A stretch of 64,000 nt of DNA, taken from the NCBI RefSeq assembly GCF_963921235.1, contig NC_086097.1:26042001-26106000 (forward strand), given 5' to 3'. Origin of the DNA: Mobula hypostoma. Its lineage: Eukaryota. Below are positions 1 through 12,147 of this stretch, in pieces. How positions within the stretch are numbered: the stretch's first letter is position 1; each line of letters opens with the position of its first letter. The position numbers and the translations under genes were made by a program. The notes below the pieces were generated by a model, which did not search any database, was not told the origin of the DNA, and was given only the letters and a program-made list of their open reading frames with translations.

Positions 1-1968
1 TCACCTGAGGACTGGGAGAAATTCAGAGTTCAGCAGAGGAGGACAAAGGGCTTAATTAGGAAGGGGAAAAAAGATTATGAGAGAAAACTGGCAGGGAACA
101 TAAAAAACTGACTGTAAAAGCTTCTATAGATATGTAAAAAGGAAAAGACTGGTAAAGACAAATGTAGGTCCCCTACAGACAGAAACAGGTGAATTGATTA
201 TGGGGAGTAAGGACATGGCAGACCAATTGAATAATTACTTTCATTCTGTCTTCACTAAGGAGAACATAAATAATCTTCTGGAAATAGTAGGGGACAGAGG
301 GTCCAGTGAGATGGAGGAACTGAGCGAAATACATGTTAGTAGGGAAGTAGTGTTAGGTAAATTGAAGGGATTAAAGGCAGATAAATCCCCAGGGCCAGAT
401 GGTCTGCATCCCAGAGTGCTTAAGGAAGTAGCCCAAGAAATAGTGGATGCATTAGTGATAATTTTTCAAAACTCGTTAGATTCTGGACTAGTTCCTGAGG
501 ATTGGAGGGTGGCTAATGTAACCCCACTTTTTAAAAAAGGAGGGAGAGAGAAACCGGGGAATTATAGACCGGTTAGCCTAACATTGGTGGTGGGGAAACT
601 GCTAGAGTCAGTTATCAAAGATGTGATAACAGCACATTTGGAAAGCGGTGAAATCATCGGACAAAGTCAGCATGGATTTGTGAAAGGAAAATCATGTCTG
701 ACGAATCTCATTGAATTTTTTGAGGATGTAACTAGTAGAGTGGATAGGGGAGAACCAGTGGATGTGGTATATTTGGATTTTCAAAAGGCTTTTGACAAGG
801 TCCCACACAGGAGATTAGTGTGCAAACTTAAAGCACACGGTATTGGGGGTAAGGTATTGATGTGGATAGAGAATTGGTTAGCAGACAGGAAGCAAAGAGT
901 GGGAATAAACGGGACCTTTTCAGAATGGCAGGCAGTGACTAGTGGGGTACCGCAAGGCTCGGTGCTGGGACCCCAGCTGTTTACAATATATATTAATGAC
1001 TTGGATGAGGGAATTAAATGCAGCATCTCCAAGTTTGCGGATGACACGAAGCTGGGCGGCAGTGTTAGCTGTGAGGAGGATGCTAAGAGGATGCAGGGTG
1101 ACTTGGATAGGTTGGGTGAGTGGGCAAATTCATGGCGGATGCAATTTAATGTGGATAAATGTGAAGTCATCCACTTTGGTGGCAAAAATAGGAAAACAGA
1201 TTATTATCTGAATGGTGGCCGATTAGGAAAAGGGGAGGTGCAACGAGACCTGGATGTCATTATACACCAGTCATTGAAAGTGGGCATGCAGGTACAGCAG
1301 GCGGTGAAAAAGGCGAATGGTATGCTGGCATTTATAGCGAGAGGATTCGAGTACAGGAGCAGGGAGGTACTACTGCAGTTGTACAAGGCCTTGGTGAGAC
1401 CACACCTGGAGTATTGTGTGCAGTTTTGGTCCCCTAATCTGAGGAAAGACATCCTTGCCATAGAGGGAGTACAGAGAAGGTTCACCAGATTGACTCCTGG
1501 GATGGCAGGACTTTCATATGAAGAAAGACTGGATGAACTAGGCTTGTACTCGTTGGAATTTAGAAGATTGATGGGGGATCTGATTGAAACGTATAAAATC
1601 CTAAAGGGATTGGACAGGCTAGATGCAGGAAGATTGTTCCCGATGTTGGGGAAGTCCAGAACGAGGGGTCACAGTTTAAGGATAAAGGGGAAGCCTTTTA
1701 GGACAGAGATTAGGAAAAACTTCTTCACACAGAGAGTGGTGAATCTGTGGAATTCTCTGCCACAGGAAACAGTTGAGGCCAGTTCATTGGCTATATTTAA
1801 GAGGGAGTTAGATATGGCCCTTGTGGCTAGGGGGATCAGAGGGTATGGAGGGAAGGCTGGTGCAGGGTTCCGAGTTGGATGATCAGCCATGATCATAATA
1901 AATGGCGGTGCAGGCTCGAAGGGCCGAATAGCCTACTCCTGCACCTATTTTCTATGTTTTCTATGTTT
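1..1968 (+). mobile_element. CR1-clade LINE (HER1-like), 3' part of ORF2 plus 3' UTR and short (TTCTATGT)n tail; runs off the left edge
   Basis: ORF 194-1882 has CR1 RT motifs KSPGPDGLHPRVLKE, NYRPVSLT, YLDFQKAFDKVPH, SGVPQGSVLGP, FADD and the CR1 C-terminal RTRGH...FFTQRVVNLWNSLP; short tandem tail at ~1949-1968. Confidence 0.95.
194..1882 (+). CDS. CR1 ORF2 reverse transcriptase, uninterrupted 562-aa C-terminal portion (the upstream part is offset by an apparent frameshift near 100-106)
   Basis: Long open frame containing the non-LTR RT motifs; not a host gene. Confidence 0.9.
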   Translation: MIMGSKDMADQLNNYFHSVFTKENINNLLEIVGDRGSSEMEELSEIHVSREVVLGKLKGLKADKSPGPDGLHPRVLKEVAQEIVDALVIIFQNSLDSGLVPEDWRVANVTPLFKKGGREKPGNYRPVSLTLVVGKLLESVIKDVITAHLESGEIIGQSQHGFVKGKSCLTNLIEFFEDVTSRVDRGEPVDVVYLDFQKAFDKVPHRRLVCKLKAHGIGGKVLMWIENWLADRKQRVGINGTFSEWQAVTSGVPQGSVLGPQLFTIYINDLDEGIKCSISKFADDTKLGGSVSCEEDAKRMQGDLDRLGEWANSWRMQFNVDKCEVIHFGGKNRKTDYYLNGGRLGKGEVQRDLDVIIHQSLKVGMQVQQAVKKANGMLAFIARGFEYRSREVLLQLYKALVRPHLEYCVQFWSPNLRKDILAIEGVQRRFTRLTPGMAGLSYEERLDELGLYSLEFRRLMGDLIETYKILKGLDRLDAGRLFPMLGKSRTRGHSLRIKGKPFRTEIRKNFFTQRVVNLWNSLPQETVEASSLAIFKRELDMALVARGIRGYGGKAGAGFRVG

Positions 1969-3189
1969 TATTTTGTACTGAATTAATCAGTGGGAAATAC
2001 TGACTTAAATAACTGGCACCACAGACCTGAGAACTAAACTAGAACACCTTTCTGGTCCAAATGAGTCAACTTCTTTCCAACTGTTCTATTTATCTTTGAG
2101 GCCATCAAGGAAGTGTCTTGTAGCAATTGTTAAATACTGTAGATAGTATATAAAGATTTAATTTCAATAGAGCTTTCTTTGTATTTTCAACTATGGCATT
2201 TGGCTAAATATTCTTCCTGTTGAAGTCTCCTCCAAAAAAATTTGTTACAACTTTCCTTCCTTTTTTAATAGATCTTTTCTCAATGTCACTCTCAAGGTCA
2301 CAAAAATACATAAGACATATTAGCAATATTTCAAAAACAAGTACTACATTTCTTATGAGAAATGTTACAAGGAGAAATTTGCCTCCCTCCTTAATAAATT
2401 CCACAGTGAGTTGTGAACTATTTTAAACTTAAAATAATACATTTTTATGCCTTAATTTCCACCTGTGGTAGATGGCACTGTGTTTTGCATGGGAAAGAAA
2501 CAACTTCCAAATTATGAAAAGAATTCTGGAACTTGTATCTATTCATGAACCAATTTTTAAACAGAAAAATCTCTTCATTGTGTTGAGATAATTTGATGCG
2601 ATTCATTGATTACATTAATGTTCTGATCTAAGCAAACATGGCAATATAATGTAGGTGGTAAATAAAGTTGATCAATGTATAGACAAACATTTTTAAAAAT
2701 CGCTTTTTATTTTTGATTCCAAATCTCAGCATTACTCATGCCTTGGTCACATTTGCAGGTACAACAAAAAGCTCACTTCTCTGCTACAATAAAGTAGCCT
2801 GAAACCTTAGAAAGTGCAATATTTACTATTTCATCTGTATTAATTGTTTGTTGTTGTAATTAATTTAGTGCTAATGAGCGAGGAAATTTACAGCTACTCA
2901 ATCCATTTCTAACGATTACGCAACTAATTATTTTGCTGTTTAGAAAGACAATTTCTAAACTTGGGCTATGTAAAATGTTTACATAATCTTAAACAATGCA
3001 CGGAAGTTATATCCCAATTCCGCACATCAATTTGACTAATCCACTATTTTATATGATATAAAAGGCTCCCTTGCATTAGCAGAGCCTTTGAATTTCAAGA
3101 AGACACCTGGTGTACTGCATCACACAAATTGTTTCATAGTAATGTACTTATTTTTCATTATTATGTACTTTTACTTCGGATTATGATTA

Positions 3190-3480
3190 AGATCAACTTT
3201 ATTTGTCACATGTACCATATATTGAAACATCAAAACATACAGTGAAATGTGTCATTTCTGCCAATGACCAACATAGTCCAAGGATTGGGTTGAGTGCAGC
3301 CTGCAAATGTCGCCACCATAGCATGTCCGACAATCACCAAGCCTAACTGCGCATCTTTGGAAATTGGGAGAAAACTACAGCACCTGGAGGAAACCCACGC
3401 AGTCATGGGGAAAACGTACAAGCTCCTGGTAGATGGCTATTAATGTAATGTGTTGCATTAACCACTCCGCTACCATGCTA
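3190..3480 (-). mobile_element. tRNA-derived V-SINE (HE1-like), degenerate
   Basis: Reverse complement of the V-domain core GCGTGGGTTTCCTCCAGGTGCT at ~3380-3400; same family as 56438-56690. Confidence 0.7.
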
Positions 3481-3716
3481 CACTGCACATTGAAAAGCAA
3501 GAGATACATAGCTGTAGTATAGTTGTTTCCTATTCTATTATGTTCTGTTTGAGTTTCTATAACTTGAAACATGAATAATGTTTCCATTCCATAGAAACTG
3601 CCTGTCTGCAGAACGTTTCCACCATTTTCTGCTTTTTATATCAGATTTCCAGCACCTGTAGTTTTTTTGGTTTTGTTTCTGTCAGGAATGGTTTCCCCTT
3701 TAATTGGCAGGCATAC

Positions 3717-3867
3717 CTGAAGAGATTATTGTAACAGGTCTTTTCCTTACATTTCTTTTGGAAGGAAAGCAAACATCTCTGGCTTCTTGACATAACAGTA
3801 AAGCCAAAAGTGTGAGCTCACTACATGAGGACACTGTGGGGTCAGTCTTTAGCAGAGCAACAGTAGG
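3717..3867 (-). CDS. Candidate exon of an unidentified host gene (PTVALLKTDPTVSSCSELTLLALLLCQEARDVCFPSKRNVRKRPVTIISS)
   Basis: Non-repeat sequence, one open frame, donor CAG|GTATGC at 3717/3716; acceptor TACAG is weak. Confidence 0.3.
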
Positions 3868-5029
3868 CTGTATTTGGTGTTCAAAAACACCAAGTGTCAC
3901 CATTTAACTTAACAAGACAGACTGCAAGTTTTAATCAGACATATTTACTTGTTAGTGTAAAGGCAGTTTAATCTACAATTTGGGTCTCTTTAAGAATAAT
4001 GAAAATGGTAAATGGTATTTATTCAATTTAATATATACTTCCTTCTTCGTCATTCATATATTTATATATTTAACTTTTACTAAATCAGTTTTCAAGACTA
4101 CATTTATCTTTTCTTTTAATCTTTGTTATTCTCACTCAATTTACATGGGCTCATCTCATCAAAAAGGCTAAAGTCAGTGAAACATACTTGTGGGATGCTT
4201 ATTTCACCTTCCTTGCAGAAACAGCAGAATCAAAAGCAAAAGAAGGGATTGATTTAGGCAATAATTAAAAGTAAAAACAGGTATCTAATTTCAAAAGGAA
4301 GCCTGTGACAGATGAAGCTAAATTGTATTGTCATCGCCTACACATCCAACTTGTATAAACATGACATGCTGCAAGTTCATATTAACTTTGTAACAACATT
4401 TTACATTTTGCATATGTTTCAGGGGGGAAAAAACTGCAGATTAAAGTCAGAAGCCAGGGTCCTTTAGATTATACAGAGCAACTAATGATTTCAATTATGA
4501 AATGAAAGTGAAGCGAGCAGAGCAAGTATTAATTATAGTTTTAGAGTCATAAATTTATAGAGGACATCAGCTGAGAAACCCTTTCAACCACTTATTTTCT
4601 TGCAAGACCTCCCTCCATTCAGTGACAGCAATTTGCCAGAAGTTTAAACAACATTTAATGCTCACATGCTGGTCATTGGGACATCGGATAATTCTCATTT
4701 CTTGCATGAATGTGAGCTGTTTCTATGCTTACCTTGCTTTATAAAAACCATCTTCCTTAATGTAGACCTAACAGCTATGCAGATTAATATACAAATAAAA
4801 ATAAGAATAGAAGAATAGCCATTACATTTTATTTCTACCTGAAAGTCCAAAATTCAACTTTTCAACCCTTCCAACCTTCATGATACAAAGTACATTTTAT
4901 ATACGTATCTCAGTCAAGGTTGGAAACAATCTCAGTTGTCATTTTTAAAACTGAAAGATAAACTAAACTGAACCTCAAAATTATTACAGAATTATGGGAT
5001 GATACAGCTTAAAAGGAAACATTAGGGCA

Positions 5030-6680
5030 ATCTTAGAGACATAGGGTTATACAGCATAGAAACAGATCCCACAACCCACTGCATCTAAACTTACTTTAAT
5101 TCATCATACATTAATTCCCTTTCGCTCTAAGCTGTGCTTATTCAAATATCCATCCAAATGTTGGTATTGCTCCTGCCTCTTCTGGCAATTCATACCAGAT
5201 TCCTATTGCACTTTGTGAGGAAAATTCACCCCTTAATCCACTTTAAAGCTATGGTTTTAGATACCCCACCATGGAAAACAAACAGAATACCCTATCTATG
5301 GCTTTAATGTTAAATATCTCAACCATGTTATCTCTCAGTCTCCTCAAAGCAAACAAACCCAGTCTCTCCTGATAACATAAATTCTTCAGTACAACAACAT
5401 CCTTGTGAATCATTTCTGCACACTCTCTAGTTTAGTCATGTGCTTGCCATAGTGGGATGACCAGAATATCATGCAGCACCTGAAGTGCAATCTGACCACT
5501 ATTCTGCACAACGGTAACAGGACGATCCAATTTTGATATTCAATGTGTCGGTCGATGCAGGAAAACAATCTTTTTATCACAACCCTATCTATTTTCACCA
5601 CTCTCAGCGAACTATATACGCGTACTTTGCAATGCTTCAGAGCGCCAGCAATCACCAGTTGGGCTTCATTTCCCACTGCTGTGTGTAAGGAGTTTATACA
5701 ATCGCCCTGTGACAATGTGGGTTCCATCCCACATTCCAAAGATGTACAGGTTAGGGTTAGGGAGTTGTGGACACGCTATGTTGGTTCCGGAAGCACAGAA
5801 ACATTTGTGGGCTGCTCCATTACAATCCCCAGACTATATTGGTTGAAGACACAAACAATGCATTTCACTGCATGGGATGTACATATGGCAAATACAGCTA
5901 ATTTTAAAAGTCTTAAAGGATGTAGCATATTATAGATCAGTTGTCATTGAATACAGCTGTATGCAGATCATTCGAAAATATGGATGGAAAAATTGCAGAT
6001 GGAGTTTAATGTATGAGGTGTTGCACTCTGGGAGGTCAAATGCAAGGGGAATGTATACAGTAAATGGCAGGAGAATTGTTATACAGGGGAGTCCAGTGGA
6101 GCGCTCCATAGCTTCCTGAAAGCAGCAATACAAGTGGATAGGTTGGTAAAGGCAATATAAAGCATGCTTGTCTTTGTTAGTCAGGGTATATATAAAGTTG
6201 GGAAGTCACTCTGCAGCTGTATAAAACTTTGTTTAGGTCACACTTGAGAGTATTGTGTGCAGTGCTGGTTTTCACATTACAGAAATGATGTAAAGGCTTT
6301 GGACAGGGTGCTGAAGCAGTTTACCAGCATGTCACTTGGATTAGAAGGTATTGGGTATAAGGGAAGATTGGACAAATTTGAATTAGCTCCCCTGGAATGT
6401 TGAGGGGTGCCCTTACAGAAGTACAGTATATAAAATTATGAAAGGCATAGACAGAGTTGATAATTGGTCCTTTTCCCAAGGGTGGAGATGTCAGATTCTG
6501 GAAAGCATAACTTTAAAGTGGGAGGGTGGGGGAGTTTAAACGAGGAATGCAAGTCCTGAATTTTTGTTTAAATTAGAGAGGTGCAGGTGCAGGTGCCTGG
6601 GATGTGCTGCCAAAGATGAAAGTAGATTGGATAGTGACACTTAAAAGGGAATTAGACATGTACGTGAATATGCAGACTTG
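5030..6680. mobile_element. Old CR1 fragments (- at ~5030-5620, + at ~5905-6680) separated by a V-SINE (~5620-5905, +)
   Basis: Degraded CR1 C-terminal motifs (HLEYCVQ-like, TRGH-like); SINE central domain. Confidence 0.7.
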
Positions 6681-6964
6681 TAACATTCTCAATGTAGCCA
6701 GTCAACAATCTCACATATTCATCAGTGTTAACATGATGACCGTAGGTAGCTGCCTCCCTGAACATACTGCTGTCTGTGCTTTTAAAACACTCCTGCAGCG
6801 CTGAGGTGGTATCTTCAGACAGATCTCTTATGAACAGGGACAAGCTGAGCTGAAAGAAGTATTTCTGTGCTGTATAACTCTGCATGTTTCTGACCTTTAT
6901 CCAAGTCTGCAGATGTAACAGATACTGTATGCAGCAGAGACTCCTTGTATACTTGCAACCCTAT

Positions 6965-8000
6965 TTCAGGCTGCTGTTTAGTGATTACAGCTCAGCATTT
7001 AACACTATCATCCCCTCTGGACCAATCAACAAGCTTCAAAACCTAGGCCTCTGCAACTGAATCCCTGACTTCCTCTTCGGGAGATCACAGTCAGCCTGGT
7101 TCAGAAATAACATCTCCTCACTGACAGTCAACACAGACACACTTCAAGGATGTGTGCTTAGCCCCTGCTCTACTCTCTGTATACCCATGACTGTGTGGTA
7201 AGGCACAGCTTAAATGCCATCTATAAATTTGCCAATGACACAACTATACAAGTATAACTCAGGTGGTGCTAAGGATGCGTGCAGGATGAGATACATTGGC
7301 TGGTTTAGTGGTGTCTCAATAACAATCACTAAGTCCAAGGAATTAGTTGTGGACTTCAGAAAAGGGAAGTTGGGAGAACATACAGCAGTGAGTGGTTTCC
7401 AGTTTCTATGTGTCAACATCTTTGAAGGTCTATCCTGGGCCCAACACATCAATGAAATTACAAAAAAGGCTCAATAACTGCTATATTTCAATATGAGTTT
7501 GAGGAGGTTTGGTATTTCACCAAAGGCCCTGCAAATTTCTGCAGATGTATCATGTTCTACCTGGTTACATTATCTGGTATGGAGGCCTCAATGCACAGGA
7601 TTGGAAAAAGCTGCAGGAGGTTGTAAGCTCAGCCACTTTCAGCATGGGCAATGGCCTCCTCGTCACTGAGGACATCTTCAAAAGGTGATACCTTCAGAAG
7701 GTGGTATTAATCAAGGACCTCCCTACCCCCACACCCAGGTCATGCCCCCTTCTCAATACTACATCAAGGAGGAGGAAAAGGAGGAGCCTGAAGACACACG
7801 TAATGTTTTAGGAACAGCTTTCTCCCCTCTGCTATTAGATTTCTGAACAGTCCATGAACCTAAGAATACTGCATTACAATCTTTATTTCGGTTCTCTCTT
7901 TGCACTACTTATTTATTTTTTGAAATATTTCTTCTAGTAAGTTATAGTAATTGTTTATGTATTGCACAGTACTCCTGCTGCAAGACGACAAACTTCATGT
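6965..8000 (+). mobile_element. Rex1/Babar-clade LINE, 5'-truncated and degenerate
   Basis: [19 protein letters not shown], SPLLYSLYTHDCV and KELVVDFRK motifs. Confidence 0.85.
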
Positions 8001-8194
8001 CAAGTATCAAGTGATACTTGATTAGTTGCTTATGAAATGCTGATCCTTAGTAAGATTGGCAGAGCTCATGGGAGTTTTGAGAAGACCTGGCACTGTTTTT
8101 TTTCTGGGGAAGTGGTAGAATGGGAGTGCAGTATTGGGCGATTAAGACATTGGCATTAAGTAGTGGGGGCAGGGCTGATTGATGGAGAAAATCA

Positions 8195-8500
8195 AAAGAT
8201 TAGCTTTATTAGTCACATGTATGTTGAAACATAGTGAAATGGATAATTTACATCAAGGATATGCTGAGCAGCCTGCATGTGTCACCATGATTCCAGCAAC
8301 AACATTGTATGCCCACAACTTACGAAGCATAACTCCTATGTCTTTTTAGAATGTGGGAAGAAACTGGAACACCTGGAGGAAATCCATGTGGCCATAGGGA
8401 GAATGTACAAACTCCTTACAGACTGTGATGGGAATTGAACCTTGATATTATAGTTGGCGCTGTAAAGTGTTGTGCTAACTGCTACGGTACCATGTTGCCC
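8195..8500 (-). mobile_element. V-SINE
   Basis: tRNA-like head at the right end and V-domain; the paralogous copy is split at 35097-35238 / 37186-37345. Confidence 0.75.
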
Positions 8501-8515
8501 CATGTATAGGACTAA

Positions 8516-9217
8516 AGGCTGATTTATACTTGTGCGTACTAGCTTACGCTGTAGCCTACGCCGTTGTGAGCATTTATACTTGTGCGTTGGTGTGTCTGCG
8601 TCACTCGAAATTCACCGCAAAAACGCTAGTTGGCGGTAGGGTTTCTATGCCACTGTGTTAAGTTTCTTTGAGTTGAAACTCAAACTTCAAACAACGGCGA
8701 CTGAAACTGAAGGAGGGGGAATTTTCTGTGCTTGTCCGGCCACTGAGAGACATGGACGAGGAAATGCATTTCAAATATTTTCGGATGTTGGCTGGTAGAT
8801 TTGACAACTTGATTCATCGTCTCCAACCATTTATTTCGCATTAGTGTACGCACAGTATACTCAGAGACTGGCAATCACCATTCGAGTTTTAGCTTCAGGT
8901 GGAAGTCAACAGGCTGTAGCAGCTAGCTACAAACTGGCGTCAAGCACAGGGTCCGCCATAATTTTGGAGGTCTGTAAAGCTTTATGGAAAGCATTGCAGC
9001 CAGAGTTCCTTCCCTGCCCTTCAGTCGCCCAATGGGAAACTATTGCAGCGTAGGAGGAAATGCGATGCTACCAAGCGGACCAATCACAGTTGTTGCGGTC
9101 CATGTTGCTGTAACGTGTAGTTACGTTTTTGGGGAGGTGCGCGTCAGGCTACGGTGTAGGGTACGCGGCTACGCCGTACCTACGGCGTCGATTTGATGCA
9201 TAAGTATAAACTGGTCT
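8516..9217 (+). mobile_element. Internally deleted PIF/Harbinger DNA transposon
   Basis: Imperfect TIRs AGGCTGATTTATACTTGTGCGT / revcomp AGACCAGTTTATACTTATGCAT; TAA TSD (8513-8515, 9218-9220); N-terminal Harbinger transposase remnant FKYFRM...[39 protein letters not shown]; empty site at ~35080. Confidence 0.9.
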
Positions 9218-9669
9218 TAATGATGATTACATCGTCGATGGTTACAGATTCCTGTGTCAGGATGATGGATCAGTAATAGAGAACAATTGGTGGTATCATT
9301 TTTAGTACATCGGGATGTAGTTTTTTTGTTTAAGAATGTTGACAGAGCATTCCACCTTTCTATTTTCTGACATAAAAGCATCTTTTAGTGAAGTGGGAAG
9401 GGTAGGCTGCTCTGGCCAAGAAAGAAATCTACAATTGTTGCTTGTTCTTGTAAAATTGTAAACAATGCCAGTTTTCCAAGGCAAAAGAAGAATGGGTTAT
9501 TTTGAACTTATTAAAGAATTTGGTCAGTTCCATTATGTGAAATACAGCTCTGTTAACTTAGTCAGCACTCTGTTAGAAAGCATTATACGTAAAGGAAGTG
9601 ATACCAGACGATCTGATCATTGTAGCATAGCTGTATGTGGAAGTTGGATGTGTACAATTGACTGGTATT

Positions 9670-9992
9670 ATAAGACTCTAAGACATAAGAGCAGAATTAG
9701 GCTACTTGGTCCATTGAATCTGCTCCATTATTCCATTATGGGTGATTTATTACCCCTCTCAACTCCATTCTCTTGTCTTCTCTCCATAATTTTAATGCCC
9801 TGACTAATCAAGAACCTATCAACCTCTGCTTTAAATGTTCTCAATGACTTGGCCTCCACAGATTCATCACCATCTGGCTAAAGAAGTTCCTTCTCATCTG
9901 GGTCCTAAATGGATGTCCCTCTTTTCTGAGGCTGTGGCCTCTGGTTGTAGACTAACCCACTATAAGAACCATCCTCTCCACATCGACTCTAT
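9670..9992 (-). mobile_element. CR1 3' fragment
   Basis: Reverse complement of the CR1 3' end (RGHSLR..GHPFRT) and 3' UTR. Confidence 0.8.
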
Positions 9993-10730
9993 TTATTTGT
10001 GAGTCGACTGGGGTGATATACTGCGTCCGGTGCTCCCGATGTGGCCTTTTATATATTGGTGAGACCCGACGCAGACTGGGAGACCGCTTTGCTGAACATC
10101 TACGCTCTGTCCGCCAGAGAAAGCAGGATCTCCCAGTGGCCACACATTTTAATTCCACATCCCATTCCCATTCTGACATGTCTATCCACGGCCTCCTCTA
10201 CTGTAAAGATGAAGCCACACTCAGGTTGGAGGAACAACACCTTATATTCCGTATGGGTAGCCTCCAACCTGATGGCATGAACATTGACTTTTCTAACTTC
10301 CGCTAGGCCCCACCTCCCCCTCGTACCCCATCTGTTACTCTTTTTAATGCACACATTCTTTCTCTCACTCTCCTTTTTCTCCCTCTGTCCCTCTGAATAT
10401 ACCTCTTGCCCATCCTCTGGGTCACCCCCCCCCCCGTCTTTCTTCCCGGACCTCCTGTCCCATGATCCTCTCGTATCCCCTTCTGCCTATCACCTGTCCA
10501 GCTCTCGGCTCCATCCCTCCCCCTCCTGTCTTCTCCTATCATTTTGCATCTCCCCCTCCCCCTCCAGCTTTCAAATCCCTTACTCACTCTTCCTTCAGTT
10601 AGTCCTGACGAAGGGTCTCGGCCTGAAATGTCGACTGCGCTTCTTCCTATAGATGCTGCCTGGCCTGCTGCGTTCACCAGCAACTTTGATGTGTGTTGCT
10701 TGAATTTCCAGCATCTGCAGAATTCCTGTT
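9993..10730 (+). mobile_element. Penelope-like element, 3' part: GIY-YIG endonuclease remnant, pyrimidine-rich tract and pLTR end
   Basis: ORF 10013-10306 IYCVRCSRCGLLYIGETRRRLGDRFAEH...LEEQHLIFR..LQPDGMN. Confidence 0.9.
10601..10636 (+). ncRNA. Minimal hammerhead ribozyme motif in a Penelope end (slightly decayed)
   Basis: AGTC-CTGACGA-AGGGTCTCGGCCT-GAAA-TGTC-GACT: catalytic boxes CUGANGA and GAAA, GUC cleavage triplet, AGTC/GACT stem I. Confidence 0.65.
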
Positions 10731-11979
10731 GTTTCCCCCCTTTTTCCTTGAGTGGACCTACCCTCCCCCCAGTTTGAGTTAACAACTAATACAGCTTGAG
10801 GATTGCAGGGGGTGGGGCAGTCCGCAAGTGTTGCCACACATTACGGCATTAACGTAGCATGCCAACAACGCTCAGCAGAACAACATTGTCCTTAAATTTC
10901 TCATAATAATATTTCTTACTTTGGTAAAATCCATCTGAATGTGGTTCCCTCTAAAATAGTTACTAAAGTGAATAACATAGCATACTCAAATTATTCTCCT
11001 CTTTATTTGTGAGTACAAACAGCAGCACTCTGGTGTTCCTGGCAATAAAATTAAATTCAGGAAACATCCTTTCAGACACAACTGAAACACACCTACATGG
11101 AGCAGTACTGAAAGTAGTTGCTGAAATGATGTGCTCTCTGAAAAGATTCTGAACAAATTCAGTGGGTTAGGGGATACAATTGAGGAATATTACAACAGTA
11201 TTTAAAAGTAGTAAATACACAATTGTCAGTGTTCTTTTCCAAATGTTTTCAAATCATTATCAAAAAATGCAGCTGATGTGATAATCAACAGAAAGTGGGC
11301 AACAGGATAATAAAAACAGTTAATTTGAAAAACTGACATCTCTGCATTGCAAAACGTAGATGGGAATGAGGTCTTCAGCTGTTTCAAACCGGCTAGGAAA
11401 GAAAAATGAAGCTTTATCTGTTGCTAAGCATCGATAGCGATGCAGGCCAGCAACTCAGTTCTTTCAGATCGGGCTGAGCCTCTCCAGTTTTTTTTAAATT
11501 TCCAGCTGGCTAATACATCAACCCATGAATACACAAGTCCCCGATTCATAAAGTACTGAAATCATTAAAATTCCTGCGATGCCCACAAACAATTATTTAT
11601 CTATTCCAAACCAAAGCAATCTGTGAGGAGGTGAAAATTAAATCTTTTACAATGCACGAACCCCATAAAAGAACTGAAACATTTGCTCCCGTGCTACGTT
11701 ACTCTCGCACCAAGTACAAACTGTTTATTTCCACCTCAATTCAATCAAAACTTAAAACAGGCAATGCACAGAAATTATTGATTTCTAAACTTAACTCTTA
11801 TCAATGTAATTGCAAAATAACACTCATTTTTATTGAAGTAACATAAGCTCTAAAATTAATTGCCTATAGAGTTACAACTTCACACACAAATAATTCTCTG
11901 GATTATTAACAGATGTGTTTACAGAAGCCGAAGTGTTTGGGTTACAAGGTTACATAAGCAAAGGTGATAAAGTACTTAC

Positions 11980-12147
11980 TCGGGACTTACAATGTTCTGG
12001 TCTGTTTTGACCAGTTTGTAGTTGCAATCCCAGCAGATTCTTCGCCGACACTATTACTTCTCTTGTCATGTGATAAATTATGCATGCCGCATGCATGAGA
12101 AGGACTTGCCGCTGCCTGTCTGCCTGGGACAGGCTGGCATTTAGCTG
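11980..12147 (-). CDS. Candidate exon of an unidentified host gene; two frames are open (QLNASLSQADRQRQVLLMHAACIIYHMTREVIVSAKNLLG... or AKCQPVPGRQAAASPSHACGMHNLSHDKRSNSVGEESAG...)
   Basis: Non-repeat, GC-richer island; NAGNAG acceptor TTTAG|CAG; two tandem GTAAGT donors after 11991 and 11980; all three plus-strand frames are closed. Confidence 0.4.

Larger units (their letters stand above)
6751..9667 (+). repeat. Copy A of an inverted segmental duplication (copy B at 33872-48748, -)
   Basis: Collinear reverse-complement match through repeat and non-repeat sequence, e.g. 8015-8200 vs 37345-37525 and 9221-9560 vs 34745-35080. Confidence 0.9.

Noticed and set aside
781..1896. Antisense and alternate-frame ORFs over CR1 ORF2 (likewise over Rex, L1 and gypsy)
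   Set aside because: Shadow ORFs of TE coding sequence
2204..2426. Overlapping 66-68-aa ORFs in unique AT-rich DNA
   Set aside because: No convincing splice sites or motifs; consistent with random ORFs
10284..10785. Pro/Ser-rich and Gly/Arg-rich ORFs
   Set aside because: Low-complexity pyrimidine tract of the Penelope 3' region
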